A stretch of DNA of 44,726 bases from a virus (lineage: Duplodnaviria > Caudoviricetes), in the IMG/VR virus record IMGVR_UViG_3300020258_000009, positions 1-44,726 of that record, one strand, 5' to 3'. Below are positions 1 to 9,334 of this stretch, one piece after another. Position numbers and translations under genes: made by a program. Below the pieces are notes generated by a model, which was not told where the DNA came from, did not search any database, and saw nothing but the letters and a program-made list of their open reading frames with translations. Position 1 is the first letter of the stretch, and each line of letters starts with the position of its first letter.

Positions 1-2
1 TA

Positions 3-1046
3 CCATCACAGGTTGGTGGTGGTCTACTGATTGGTTTGCTATCAAAGGCGATGAGTTCTTTAGGTGGCATCGCTGGTATGCTGAAACCAGTTATCCAACC
101 TATTCTCAACACACTAGTACCAGCGTTCGGTCTACCTGCTACTGTTGCTGGTGCTATCTTTGGTGGTGGTCCAGCAGAAGCAGCAACAACAGGAGGGTTT
201 GATCTAGGATCCTTCTTTGGTAAGAAAGAATCGAAAGGTCCTGGTGCTCCTGGAGCAAGTGGTACTCCCCCAGTAGGTGGTGCTAATCTTGGTGCTACCA
301 TGAGAGAAGGTGAAACGATCCAAGCACAATCTAATGATGGTCCTGGTGGTTTCATTCAAGGTGGATCTGGACAAGGTAGTGAAGGTGGACAGAATACTAC
401 ATCAGGATATGCCACACACTATCACCTATCACCTCCAACAAATGATCCTAATGGATGGGCACAGGCACGTAGCGTTGCTCTAACATCAGCACAGATGATG
501 CTCAACAGAGGATCCACCATTTACTTTGGTAACATTGGGGAGTTTGCTAAGGCAGAAACTCTACAAGATCAAATTACTAGAGAACAGATAGCACACAGTC
601 GTCCTGGTAGAACACAGGGTGGCATTGATATGCAGGAGAAAGGTAGTAACGGTAGCATGAGGATGAAGTTCCCTCTCAAAGTTACTAACGTTACTAATGA
701 TATCAGTGGTGGTAGTGGAAGAACAGCACGTATCATTGGAACCAACGTGACACTGGCACATGGTGCTGTTGGTTCTGCTAACTCTATCGAGACAGCAGTG
801 GTTCCTAAGGCAGATAGTCAGCAACCATCAGCACTAACAGCAGATGTACCACAAGCAGCAACTAATCCGCTATCTCCTGATCGTGGAGCACTTCCTAGTT
901 CACAACCACAGATCACTGCCATCCCTGCTCTAACACAACTACAGCAGTCACTACAGGAAGATGTCCAACTAGATAGTAGTAGTCCTTTCTCTATCTACAA
1001 CCAGACTCCTGGTTGGGGTTCAATGTACGGTCAATTAATTTTCTAA
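3..1046 (+). CDS. 5'-truncated virion structural protein (baseplate hub/tape-measure type) with a possible peptidase-like C-terminal domain
   Basis: The frame is open from position 3 to TAA 1044-1046. Gly/Ala-rich helical start, low-complexity linkers, and a position directly upstream of the hub/gp5 genes. Confidence 0.55.
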   Translation, partial: PSQVGGGLLIGLLSKAMSSLGGIAGMLKPVIQPILNTLVPAFGLPATVAGAIFGGGPAEAATTGGFDLGSFFGKKESKGPGAPGASGTPPVGGANLGATMREGETIQAQSNDGPGGFIQGGSGQGSEGGQNTTSGYATHYHLSPPTNDPNGWAQARSVALTSAQMMLNRGSTIYFGNIGEFAKAETLQDQITREQIAHSRPGRTQGGIDMQEKGSNGSMRMKFPLKVTNVTNDISGGSGRTARIIGTNVTLAHGAVGSANSIETAVVPKADSQQPSALTADVPQAATNPLSPDRGALPSSQPQITAIPALTQLQQSLQEDVQLDSSSPFSIYNQTPGWGSMYGQLIF

Positions 1047-1048
1047 TC

Positions 1049-2443
1049 ATGGCAAATAAGACAGCAAAATCTATTGAACTCAAGGAGGTATCACTTTTCA
1101 GTGTTACTAATGAGAAGTACAATTTTACCAAAGCTGCTGTAGGTTTTGCTTACTATGAAAATATCTTTCACCCATTCGTTAGTGCCGTTCTGAATGTTGC
1201 TGACTCTGGTGGTAACTTCATCTCTAAGATTCCTATTCAAGGTGGCGAGCGAGTAATAATTAAGGTCGAAGATGTAGAAGAGAATGAGTACGAGTATGAA
1301 ATGTATGTGTGGAAAATCTACAACAGAACTTTCACCAAGAGCATGCAGAACTATAATCTAGCATTGGTATCGAAAGAAGCACTGTACAATGAGGGTGTCA
1401 GGTTGACTGAAGTCTTGAAGGGCACACCTGACATGATTGTAGGTAAAATTTTAAAAGACTATCTAAAGACAGAGAAAGAAATCTATTCAGAAAGAGCGAA
1501 GTATCAGGTACAGTTCTTTCCTAATGGTAAGAAAGCACACCACATTATTCAATCAGTATCTCAGAAGGCAGTACCACAGGCATCAAAGGCAGCATCAGGT
1601 GACGCTGGCAAGACATCAACTAGTGGACAGACTGGATTGTCTGGAGATACATCCAAGGCATCAGGCACAGCAGGATTTTTGTTCTTCGAGAACAGTGCTG
1701 GATTTAATTTCAACTCAATTGATTACTACTTCAGCACAGGTGACGATGAATTTAGAGGACAGCAAGAGGTTGCCACCTACGAATCCAAACCAAACCAGGA
1801 CAACCCAGAGCGTCTAGTCATTGAAGACTACAAGTTTACTAATGAAGTAGACATGCTAGATCAGATGAGAAGTGGTACGTTTGCTAGTCATGTGGTTACT
1901 TACAACTGGTCTACTGGATTCTATGAAGAATTTAGATACAACCTACAAGAAAACTTTGCTAGTATGGCACACCTAGGTAGTCAAGAAAAACTAGGAGCAT
2001 CACAAGAACTATTATCTGTCAATCCTACTAGAGTTATGACAGTGCTTGTAGACCATGAGACATGGCACAATGAAGAGACACCTGGATCACCAGACGAGAA
2101 AGATAATGGTGGTAACGGTGGAGCAAACTACCCTGACTATCAGAAGCATTGGCTCGCTCAAAGTATTGCTAGAAGATACTTCATGGAGAATCAAAAGTTA
2201 GAGGTAACTGTTCCTGGTAACATGGAATTAAGGGTGGGTGATAAGATTAAGGTCTTGCTACCTAGCATGACAGCAGAGGTAGAAAGACAAACTGATCAAC
2301 TAGACAGAGAAAACAGTGGTACATACTTGATCTCTGCTCTGTCACATAACAATGTCTTCCTAAATAGTAGCACATGTACTACCAAACTTGAGTTGATCAG
2401 GGACATCTACGGTATGAAGGACTACTCTAGCAACGTGAAGTGA
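1049..2443 (+). CDS. Baseplate hub protein (T4 gp27-like)
   Basis: ATG at 1049 follows the previous stop by 2 nt. Motifs YYENIF..F.SA.L.V.DSG, G.FLFFEN..GFNF.SID, VPGN..LRVGD.I.V and SGTYLI.AL.H are typical of gp27/late-control-D-like hub proteins. It lies immediately before gp5. Confidence 0.6.
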   Translation: MANKTAKSIELKEVSLFSVTNEKYNFTKAAVGFAYYENIFHPFVSAVLNVADSGGNFISKIPIQGGERVIIKVEDVEENEYEYEMYVWKIYNRTFTKSMQNYNLALVSKEALYNEGVRLTEVLKGTPDMIVGKILKDYLKTEKEIYSERAKYQVQFFPNGKKAHHIIQSVSQKAVPQASKAASGDAGKTSTSGQTGLSGDTSKASGTAGFLFFENSAGFNFNSIDYYFSTGDDEFRGQQEVATYESKPNQDNPERLVIEDYKFTNEVDMLDQMRSGTFASHVVTYNWSTGFYEEFRYNLQENFASMAHLGSQEKLGASQELLSVNPTRVMTVLVDHETWHNEETPGSPDEKDNGGNGGANYPDYQKHWLAQSIARRYFMENQKLEVTVPGNMELRVGDKIKVLLPSMTAEVERQTDQLDRENSGTYLISALSHNNVFLNSSTCTTKLELIRDIYGMKDYSSNVK

Positions 2444-2444
2444 T

Positions 2445-5400
2445 ATGGATCCAGCACTATCATCTCTATTTCCAATACATCAGATCGGTGCCGATGGATT
2501 CTCTTGGTGGATCGGACAGATCGAGAGCAATAAGAACGAAGACCCCAAGAACTCTGGTAGATATAAGGTAAGAATTGTAGGGCAACACCTGAAGAGTGGT
2601 GAGGCTACACCTACTGCTCAGTTGCCATGGGCACAGGTAATGCTACCTGTCACCACACCATTCAGTGATGGTGGTAAGACTGGTGCTAGTGTAGGTCTGA
2701 ACCTAGGTAACTGGGTGGTTGGATTCTATGTAGATAATGATAGGCAGAAACCAATCATCATGGGATCGATTGGTCACACTGCTGGTGCCACAAAACTAGA
2801 GAACGTAGAGGGAGATCCTAATCCTGGTGGCACAGAGAAAAGATTCACAACTTACTTGGATGAGACATCGAATCCAAATCTATCGAAGCCGATGGCTTCT
2901 GATAAGAAAAGGAACGGTGATCAACCAGCAGACAGCACCACTGCTGAAGAGGAAAACCTAACAAGACCAGGCGATGCTGGAGAGATTCCTGCTGCTGTTC
3001 CTGCTCTAATGCCATCGGCATTCATTGGATTGTTTGCTGAAGCATCTGTCACCAACCCTACGGGAAACAAAGTATGTATTGAGATTGCTAATCCAAATTG
3101 TGGGTCAGAAAATAACCTGAAGGGTGGACTCACTAAAATTATTGGTGACATGCTGAAAGATACACAGCAGTCTGGAGGTAACCTTGGAACATATTATATC
3201 AGTCAGGTCAATGGTGAACTCAACAGTTACATCGACTCTGGTATGGAGTATGTTAACAAGGCAGTTCTACTTGTTAAGAGTTTTGTTTCTAGAGTAAAGG
3301 GTGAGATTGTCAAACTAGTACGAGAGGGTGTAGATCAACTAGTTGATCTGATTCTGTACACTGATGCTGCTGCCACAGATGCTCTAGGTAATGTAAACAC
3401 AGGTCCTGTTGCTCCTGACCTAGGCATCGAACCATTCAAACCTATCACTAAGAAAGAGAGCAGACTAAAAGCAATCCTTGACACCATCAATGATGTTCTG
3501 GATGACCTTGGTTGTGAGATGGCAGACTTCACCGATAGGATTGCCAAGTGGTTGACTGATCTGCTCCTCGGTTACCTGATGGATGCTTACTCTAATGCTG
3601 CCTGCTTGGTTGATAACCTAGTTGATGGTGTGCTCAATCAACTACTGTCGTTCATTGAAGATCTTTTAGGTAGAGTTCTAGGACCACTGTCACAAATCTT
3701 GGGTGCTATAGCATCACCTCTAGATATCATCGGCAATGCTATCAATAAAGTTCTCAATCTACTTGGCATCTCTTGTGATGGTGTCTCTGCTAACTGTGAA
3801 AAGACTACCAAGGAATGTGTTGACTGTGGTACAGATGAGGATGAAGATTGGTTGGACAAACTACTTGCTGAGCTAGCAGATGGTCCACAAGATGGTGCTA
3901 CCTACGTGTGTGATGAGGCAAAGAATACCACAGCGTTAGAGTCGTTACCAGATACTAATGTATTCTTTATTGGTGGTACATATCCTACACCAGAGCAGGA
4001 TCCTAATGATCTTGACACAGCACCTGAAGATATGTTGATCACATATACTTGTAGTGATATCACAGTAACAGAGGGTGAACAAGCAGTCTTTACAATCACC
4101 AGAGCAGGCAACGTTATCAAACCATCTAGTCTCACGATGTCTGTGATTGGTGGCACTGCCACACAAGGTGAAGACTACGACAAGATCTTTGCTGGATCAT
4201 CACTTGGATTTGCTCCTGGTGCTACCACAAAGACTATTGTATTCGAGACATATAAAGACACAACAACTGAAGGAGAAGAATCATTCTTCATTAAGTTGGA
4301 ACCTAACATGACACCTGAGAAGCACATCACCTCGTTCCCCACAGGTAATGTATTCAAGTGTACTATCACTGACTTTGAAGATGGTACAGGTAACAGTCCA
4401 GCTGCTCCTACTCCTGGTGTGGCACCACTTCCATTCATACCACCATCACTTACCACTACAGCGGATGTTGTGGTGTCATCTCCTGTTGGAGACACCAATC
4501 CTATCGTCCCAGAATATGTTATTACGACAGACAAGACCTTCTATAAAGAAGGAGAGACTATTATATACACCATCACCACTTCTAACGTAGTCAACTTGGG
4601 TCCATACACATACACATTAGAGGGTGACATTGATGCTGATGATGTTGTTGATGGACTAACAGGATCCTTCAGTCTAGATGAAAACGGCACTGCTACAGTA
4701 GAGGTAGAGATTGCTACTAACACTGACGATGACGATGATCAGTTGGAGAGTATTACTTTCTTCCTCACTGGAACACCAGCATATGCTGATGCCTTCATTC
4801 TAGGTGCTAACGATAGTCTAGGAACACAACCTGTGTGGTCTGTAACATCTGATGTTAACTATGTTAGAGAGGGAGACACAGTTACATTCACTGTCGGTGC
4901 TCTCAATATTCCAGACGGAACTAACTTTAAGTATAGATTAGAAGGTGACATCACTAGAAGAGACATCGTTGGATACAGACTAGAGTCTAGCGTTGATGTT
5001 GATGCTAACCCACTACGTATTGTTGATGGTCAGTGTGTCATTCCATTGACCATTGCTGAAGATGGATTGACAGAAGACAAGGAACAGTTTGACTTCGTAC
5101 TGGTGTCTTACGTTGATGGAGATGGTAACGATGTTGACATCGAAGGTGTGTCAACCAGAATCGTTATCCCAACTGAAATCTTAATTGATGAGGGTGTGAC
5201 ACCTACCTTCCGTGTTGAAGCAGACAAGTTCCAATACAAAGAGGGTGAAACTATTGTTTACACTGTCAACACCACAAATATTTCCAACGGTACTCTACTA
5301 CAGTTCACCTTGTTTGGTGATGGTATTACTAAGGAAGACTTCGATTCAGATACACTGTTCGGTACGTTCACTGTCATTGAGAACGAAGCAAAGATTTATA

Positions 5401-6074
5401 TCAACATTGCTGACGATAGAGTGTCCGAGGGTGATGAGATTGTCACCTTCTTAATCAATGGTACTGGTGCCTTCACAGATGTCATGATTCAAGACGAAAA
5501 TGTCACTGATGATCCACCAATCGTCAATCCTAAGAAACCTTGCTTCGATAAACCACGTGCTGGCAAACCTATCACCGATGACAATGGAGCTATCATTAGT
5601 ATTCCTATCATCGAACAGGGTTGTCCATATGTATTCCCACCCAAAGTAATCATCACTGGTCCTGGATACGGTGCCTCTGGTATTCCATTGCTGGATGATT
5701 CAGGTAAGGTGTCTGAGATTAGAGTGACTAGAACTGGTAGAGGATATAATATCAACCAAGATCCAGAGTTGAGGTGTGTCATTGATTCCTACACCATCAT
5801 CAGTCCTGGTGAGGGATATACTTCTACACCTGATGTTTACGTTGATGGTGTTGCTGGTAGAGCAACCGCTATCATTGATGAGAGAGGATATCTTGTTAGT
5901 GTTCAACCAACTGACAGAGCATCTACCTGGAATGAAATCCCACGTGTCAGAATCATTGGTGGTGGTGGATCTGGTGCCAGAGTTCTGCCATCTATTTCGT
6001 GTCTAGATACTAAGACATATGAAGATCAAGGTTACGCCAAGATCGGTACAGGCAAGTACATTGATTGCCCATAA
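2445..6074 (+). CDS. gp5: Baseplate central spike gp5-like protein, N-terminal part (OB fold, helical region, Calx-beta-like repeats, GxGY repeats)
   Basis: The N-terminus WWIGQIE...GRYKVRIVG.H...LPWAQVMLPVT...GNWVVGFY.D.DRQ.PIIMGSI matches the Gp5 OB domain. Later come a Calx-beta-like segment (VTEGEQAVFTITRAG...ATQGEDY...FAPGATTKTI) and three YKEGETI/VREGDTV repeats. No lysozyme motif is seen. Confidence 0.75.
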   Translation: MDPALSSLFPIHQIGADGFSWWIGQIESNKNEDPKNSGRYKVRIVGQHLKSGEATPTAQLPWAQVMLPVTTPFSDGGKTGASVGLNLGNWVVGFYVDNDRQKPIIMGSIGHTAGATKLENVEGDPNPGGTEKRFTTYLDETSNPNLSKPMASDKKRNGDQPADSTTAEEENLTRPGDAGEIPAAVPALMPSAFIGLFAEASVTNPTGNKVCIEIANPNCGSENNLKGGLTKIIGDMLKDTQQSGGNLGTYYISQVNGELNSYIDSGMEYVNKAVLLVKSFVSRVKGEIVKLVREGVDQLVDLILYTDAAATDALGNVNTGPVAPDLGIEPFKPITKKESRLKAILDTINDVLDDLGCEMADFTDRIAKWLTDLLLGYLMDAYSNAACLVDNLVDGVLNQLLSFIEDLLGRVLGPLSQILGAIASPLDIIGNAINKVLNLLGISCDGVSANCEKTTKECVDCGTDEDEDWLDKLLAELADGPQDGATYVCDEAKNTTALESLPDTNVFFIGGTYPTPEQDPNDLDTAPEDMLITYTCSDITVTEGEQAVFTITRAGNVIKPSSLTMSVIGGTATQGEDYDKIFAGSSLGFAPGATTKTIVFETYKDTTTEGEESFFIKLEPNMTPEKHITSFPTGNVFKCTITDFEDGTGNSPAAPTPGVAPLPFIPPSLTTTADVVVSSPVGDTNPIVPEYVITTDKTFYKEGETIIYTITTSNVVNLGPYTYTLEGDIDADDVVDGLTGSFSLDENGTATVEVEIATNTDDDDDQLESITFFLTGTPAYADAFILGANDSLGTQPVWSVTSDVNYVREGDTVTFTVGALNIPDGTNFKYRLEGDITRRDIVGYRLESSVDVDANPLRIVDGQCVIPLTIAEDGLTEDKEQFDFVLVSYVDGDGNDVDIEGVSTRIVIPTEILIDEGVTPTFRVEADKFQYKEGETIVYTVNTTNISNGTLLQFTLFGDGITKEDFDSDTLFGTFTVIENEAKIYINIADDRVSEGDEIVTFLINGTGAFTDVMIQDENVTDDPPIVNPKKPCFDKPRAGKPITDDNGAIISIPIIEQGCPYVFPPKVIITGPGYGASGIPLLDDSGKVSEIRVTRTGRGYNINQDPELRCVIDSYTIISPGEGYTSTPDVYVDGVAGRATAIIDERGYLVSVQPTDRASTWNEIPRVRIIGGGGSGARVLPSISCLDTKTYEDQGYAKIGTGKYIDCP

Positions 6075-6086
6075 GGAGTGTAAATA

Positions 6087-7397
6087 ATGGCTGTTACAAA
6101 CCAAACCCCATCAGATGATACCCAGAGTAAAGTAGCAGGAGGTTTTACTGCTGATGTGAAAACTCTTGGCAAAAATTATTATGCTGACGGACCTGTTCCT
6201 GAGTTCTCTCAGATGCTTGGTGGTTTTGTCATTACTGCTTATGAATTCCCCGAGGATGGAAGCAAAGGTATTGCTCTGTACAACGGTAAGACATCATTTC
6301 ATATCGACAACAATAATAACATAACACTGTCTGCTGGTCCGCCAGGACAGTCTGGTTGTGGTGGCAAATTAGTATTCAATACTCAATCACAACTACAAAA
6401 AGCAAAGTCTGTTTCTATTGAAGTCACTGGTCGTGATGCTGGCGGCACTGAAAAGTCTACAGATGCTGATGGCAATGTCGAAGAAGACACGATGCCATCA
6501 TACTCTTTGAAAGTATATGGTCCCGTTCATGTAGAAGCTATTGGTGGTGATGCTGCTGTCAAAGGTGACAATGTAACTGTTAGTGCTGGTAGTACACTCA
6601 ACCTCAAGTCAGGCAAGGACATTAACATCCAAGCAGGTGAGAATGGTGGCAAGATCAATATGTATGGTGGTACATGTGAGATCAACACAGCATTCTTAAA
6701 TAAGAATCTCTCTGGTGGTGAGTATAGCGAAGGACCAGGAGAATTCAAGGTTACTCAGAACAAACAGGGTGCTAGCGTTAGTATCGATACCCCAGGTGAA
6801 GTGAAGTATACCGTCAACGGCAACTACACGGTTGGTGTCAAAGGTGACTACACACTAGGAACTGAAGGTCATTATAACATCAACGTAGACAAAGATGCTG
6901 CTTGGGCGATCAAAGGTAAGTTTTCTCAGATTGTTGACGGCAAGGGCAAGATTGAAGTCAAAGGTCAAGAAGCAAAAGGTGGTAAGTCATCTCAGCAAGA
7001 AACATTTGTTGTCAAGGCAGCAGCACCTAAGAAGAAGTCTCTCGCTGCTTTACTATTTGATGCTGGTGGTAAGCAAGAGTTTTTGGCAGCACAAGACGGA
7101 TTTAAGTTTGAGATTGGTAAGCAACTCGCTTCAATAGAACTAACTGACAAGAAAAAGTTCAGTGTTACTACTGGCAAGCAGATGGGTGCTATCAACATTG
7201 ATGAAAAGCAGGTCATCGTAGAACATGGCAAAACTGCCAAAATGACAGTCAAACCAACAGAAGTGTCACTAGCACAGAGTAAGACCACTGGATTGACAAT
7301 AAAAGCAGATGAGTCTAAACTTGAGAACAATGGTGCCTATGTCAGCGTCAAACCAAGTGACGTTACAATTTTCGGTCCCATGATTTACTTAAATTGA
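6087..7397 (+). CDS. gp5 C-terminal-like beta-helical spike protein
   Basis: SD AGGAG upstream. Short periodic repeats (VNGNYTVGVKGDYTLGTEGHYNINVDKD..WAIKGKFSQIVDGK) and the C-terminus IFGPMIYLN resemble gp5/VgrG needle ends. Confidence 0.6.
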   Translation: MAVTNQTPSDDTQSKVAGGFTADVKTLGKNYYADGPVPEFSQMLGGFVITAYEFPEDGSKGIALYNGKTSFHIDNNNNITLSAGPPGQSGCGGKLVFNTQSQLQKAKSVSIEVTGRDAGGTEKSTDADGNVEEDTMPSYSLKVYGPVHVEAIGGDAAVKGDNVTVSAGSTLNLKSGKDINIQAGENGGKINMYGGTCEINTAFLNKNLSGGEYSEGPGEFKVTQNKQGASVSIDTPGEVKYTVNGNYTVGVKGDYTLGTEGHYNINVDKDAAWAIKGKFSQIVDGKGKIEVKGQEAKGGKSSQQETFVVKAAAPKKKSLAALLFDAGGKQEFLAAQDGFKFEIGKQLASIELTDKKKFSVTTGKQMGAINIDEKQVIVEHGKTAKMTVKPTEVSLAQSKTTGLTIKADESKLENNGAYVSVKPSDVTIFGPMIYLN

Positions 7398-7459
7398 AAT
7401 CGGACTTTTAGTTACTGGAATTCCGAAAAAAATTCTCCAGCATATTTTCGCCAAAAAGG

Positions 7460-7488
7460 TTGACAGGATCCCGAAGACCGAGTACAAT
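7460..7488 (+). promoter_or_regulatory. Sigma70-type (early/host-like) promoter
   Basis: TTGACA (7460-7465), a 17-nt spacer and TACAAT (7483-7488), in an intergenic gap upstream of ORF 7535. Confidence 0.75.
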
Positions 7489-7509
7489 AACTCTGTCAGG
7501 GTTCAACGG

Positions 7510-7516
7510 ATAAATA
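7510..7516 (+). promoter_or_regulatory. T4-like late promoter
   Basis: Intergenic ATAAATA, 18 nt before ATG 7535. Confidence 0.5.
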
Positions 7517-7534
7517 CTACGAATCAGCTTTATT

Positions 7535-7729
7535 ATGAACTACAAACCGTACAGTCCAGAGTGGCACAGGTATAGATATCTCAAAGAAGCTATCGATACG
7601 TACCTTGACGACTACGTAGATAACGATATCATTATGAATGATATTCTTGACATTGTGTGTGATCGCCAAGAACGGGCACATGCTGAATATCATCGACTCG
7701 AAGATTTAGAACTCAAACTGAGAGAGTAG
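7535..7729 (+). CDS. Small hypothetical phage protein (helical)
   Basis: 64-aa ORF after the promoters, tightly packed with the next gene. Similar to ORF 40764. Confidence 0.75.
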   Translation: MNYKPYSPEWHRYRYLKEAIDTYLDDYVDNDIIMNDILDIVCDRQERAHAEYHRLEDLELKLRE

Positions 7730-7730
7730 T

Positions 7731-8045
7731 ATGCTATCAACTCAATACAGACTCCGACTGGAATTCATCTGTAAGAAGATCGCTAACAAGGAAGAAGTCA
7801 AACTAGAGGATATGATCTGGGCAGAAAAACTTGCCAAAAGACATACCACCGCTAGAGACTGGTTAAACAAGGCACGAAGACAGGCTGCTCAGGATATCCA
7901 AGAGGGCAGTATGGACGATTTCATGAACAAGATGGGTTTGGGCGATCCAGATCCGTCAAACTACAAAACAGGATTCGATGGAGCAGATGACATCAACGAA
8001 TGGTTCGGAAGAGACAAACCCGAAGACTGGCGTCAACGTGACTAA
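7731..8045 (+). CDS. Conserved cyanophage hypothetical protein
   Basis: 104-aa ORF (MLSTQYRLRLEFIC...GLGDPDPSN...DWRQRD) that I recognise as a recurrent cyanomyovirus ORF type. Operon packing. Confidence 0.75.
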   Translation: MLSTQYRLRLEFICKKIANKEEVKLEDMIWAEKLAKRHTTARDWLNKARRQAAQDIQEGSMDDFMNKMGLGDPDPSNYKTGFDGADDINEWFGRDKPEDWRQRD

Positions 8046-8046
8046 C

Positions 8047-8178
8047 ATGAATATCGCCAGGAATTTGGTTGAGAAAATTGAAGAACTTCTGGATGGCAAA
8101 GCACACTATGTTGAGTGTTCTGACCGTACCACATATCATAACAAAATTGTAATCGAGTATAACCACACGAACAAATGA
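8047..8178 (+). CDS. Small hypothetical protein
   Basis: ATG 8047 lies 1 nt after the previous stop, and there is an ATGA overlap with the next gene. 43 aa. Confidence 0.6.
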   Translation: MNIARNLVEKIEELLDGKAHYVECSDRTTYHNKIVIEYNHTNK

Positions 8179-8414
8179 TCCAAGCACTAGTGTATGGCAA
8201 CGGTGGTCAAGAATCTGAACGAGCAGTTATGGTTCTTGAGGCATGTGGTCAAGATGTAAGACAATTCTTATTGGGTGTTGATTTTACCCATAAGCAATTT
8301 AAAGCAGAATTTGGCGAAGAAGCACTGTATCCACAAGTTTCTATTGGTTTGGACCATAGAGGCACCCTAAAAGAAACATTGAAATATATGAGTGACAAAG
8401 GAATGTTCTTGTGA
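8175..8414 (+). CDS. Glutaredoxin-fold protein lacking CxxC
   Basis: Grx-like layout (LVYG..GQES.RA..VL, FKAEFG, YPQV, H.G...ET). The active-site position reads GQES. Confidence 0.6.
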   Translation: MIQALVYGNGGQESERAVMVLEACGQDVRQFLLGVDFTHKQFKAEFGEEALYPQVSIGLDHRGTLKETLKYMSDKGMFL

Positions 8415-8432
8415 TAGAATAACACTGCCCAT

Positions 8433-8516
8433 GGGGCGGTGGTGGAATGGTAGACACACCAGACTTAAAATCTGTTGAACGTAAAGTTCGTGAGGGTTCA
8501 AGTCCCTCTCGCCCTA
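8433..8516 (+). tRNA. trnL: tRNA-Leu(TAA)
   Basis: Acceptor GGGGCGG/TCGCCCT, D-loop GGAATGGTAGAC, anticodon loop CT-TAA-AA, long variable arm, T-loop GGTTCAAGTCC. No encoded CCA. Confidence 0.93.
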
Positions 8517-8524
8517 TTCCATTC

Positions 8525-8531
8525 ATAAATA
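8525..8531 (+). promoter_or_regulatory. T4-like late promoter
   Basis: ATAAATA 19 nt before ATG 8551, upstream of the ORF8551-cpeT pair. Confidence 0.55.
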
Positions 8532-8550
8532 GAAATGTGTGGAAATCATC

Positions 8551-8817
8551 ATGAAATACCAACTATCACAACAATACTGTTTTTACATGGGTATGGTAGT
8601 TAGGATGTATTTCATCCAAGGCATCCCGTATACCTTCGACGAGTTACCTCTTATCGTACAAGATCACCCAGCAGTCCAAGCAGAAGCACTTGCTGGACGT
8701 GATTGGGATGACGACGAAATGTACATGTGGTCATCATATTTGATGACAGAAGAATGCCATCCATTGATGTTTGATCTCCAATTAGATAATCCTGCCTTAT
8801 TACCACAAGATGATTGA
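8551..8817 (+). CDS. Conserved cyanophage hypothetical protein (acidic)
   Basis: 88-aa ORF (VVRMYFIQGIPYTFDELP...EECHPLMF) that overlaps the cpeT start. Confidence 0.75.
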   Translation: MKYQLSQQYCFYMGMVVRMYFIQGIPYTFDELPLIVQDHPAVQAEALAGRDWDDDEMYMWSSYLMTEECHPLMFDLQLDNPALLPQDD

Positions 8818-9334
8818 AACTTTGAATTCTTGGTTAACTGGAAAATTTGAAAACAAAATTCAAGCATTTTCAAACCCATCAAAGTATGCTATGATCACAG
8901 TCACCCATATCCCCATTTGGGACGGGTGGTTTTACGGTGAGCAGGGTTATACCTATCAAAAAGGTAAACCATATCGTCAATTTGTGCTTCATCCTGTAGA
9001 AGAAGCAAAATCCTTCAAAATCTACAATTACGAGATTACAGATCCTGGTCAATTCGTTGGTGGTCGTAATCTTGACAAATTGACCAAAGACATGGTACAA
9101 TTAAAAGAAGGTTGTACAGTCAACCTCACATTCGACGGAACTGCCTTTAAAGGTGGGTTGACAGGATGTGATTGTTATGTAGAATGGAATGGGAAGGACA
9201 CCTATCTCCAAAATGAGATTCAGTTGACTCCTACCTATTACTGTGTGAAAGATCTTGGATTCTGCCAGACTACCAAACAACAAATTTGGGGGTCAAAATA
9301 TGGCAGATTCGAGTTCAAAAAAATGCCTGCCTAG
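8810..9334 (+). CDS. cpeT: CpcT/CpeT-family (T-type) phycobiliprotein/bilin lyase, auxiliary metabolic gene
   Basis: Family motifs: WL.G.F.N..QA..NP..YA.I...H, FYGEQ.Y.Y...PYRQ, GC.V, F.G....CDC.V...G..TYL, D.GF......QIWGS..G.FEFKK. Confidence 0.9.
   Translation: MIETLNSWLTGKFENKIQAFSNPSKYAMITVTHIPIWDGWFYGEQGYTYQKGKPYRQFVLHPVEEAKSFKIYNYEITDPGQFVGGRNLDKLTKDMVQLKEGCTVNLTFDGTAFKGGLTGCDCYVEWNGKDTYLQNEIQLTPTYYCVKDLGFCQTTKQQIWGSKYGRFEFKKMPA

Noticed and set aside
6080-6086. GTAAATA as a late promoter
   Set aside because: It abuts the ATG and lies downstream of the SD, so it is better read as the SD spacer.
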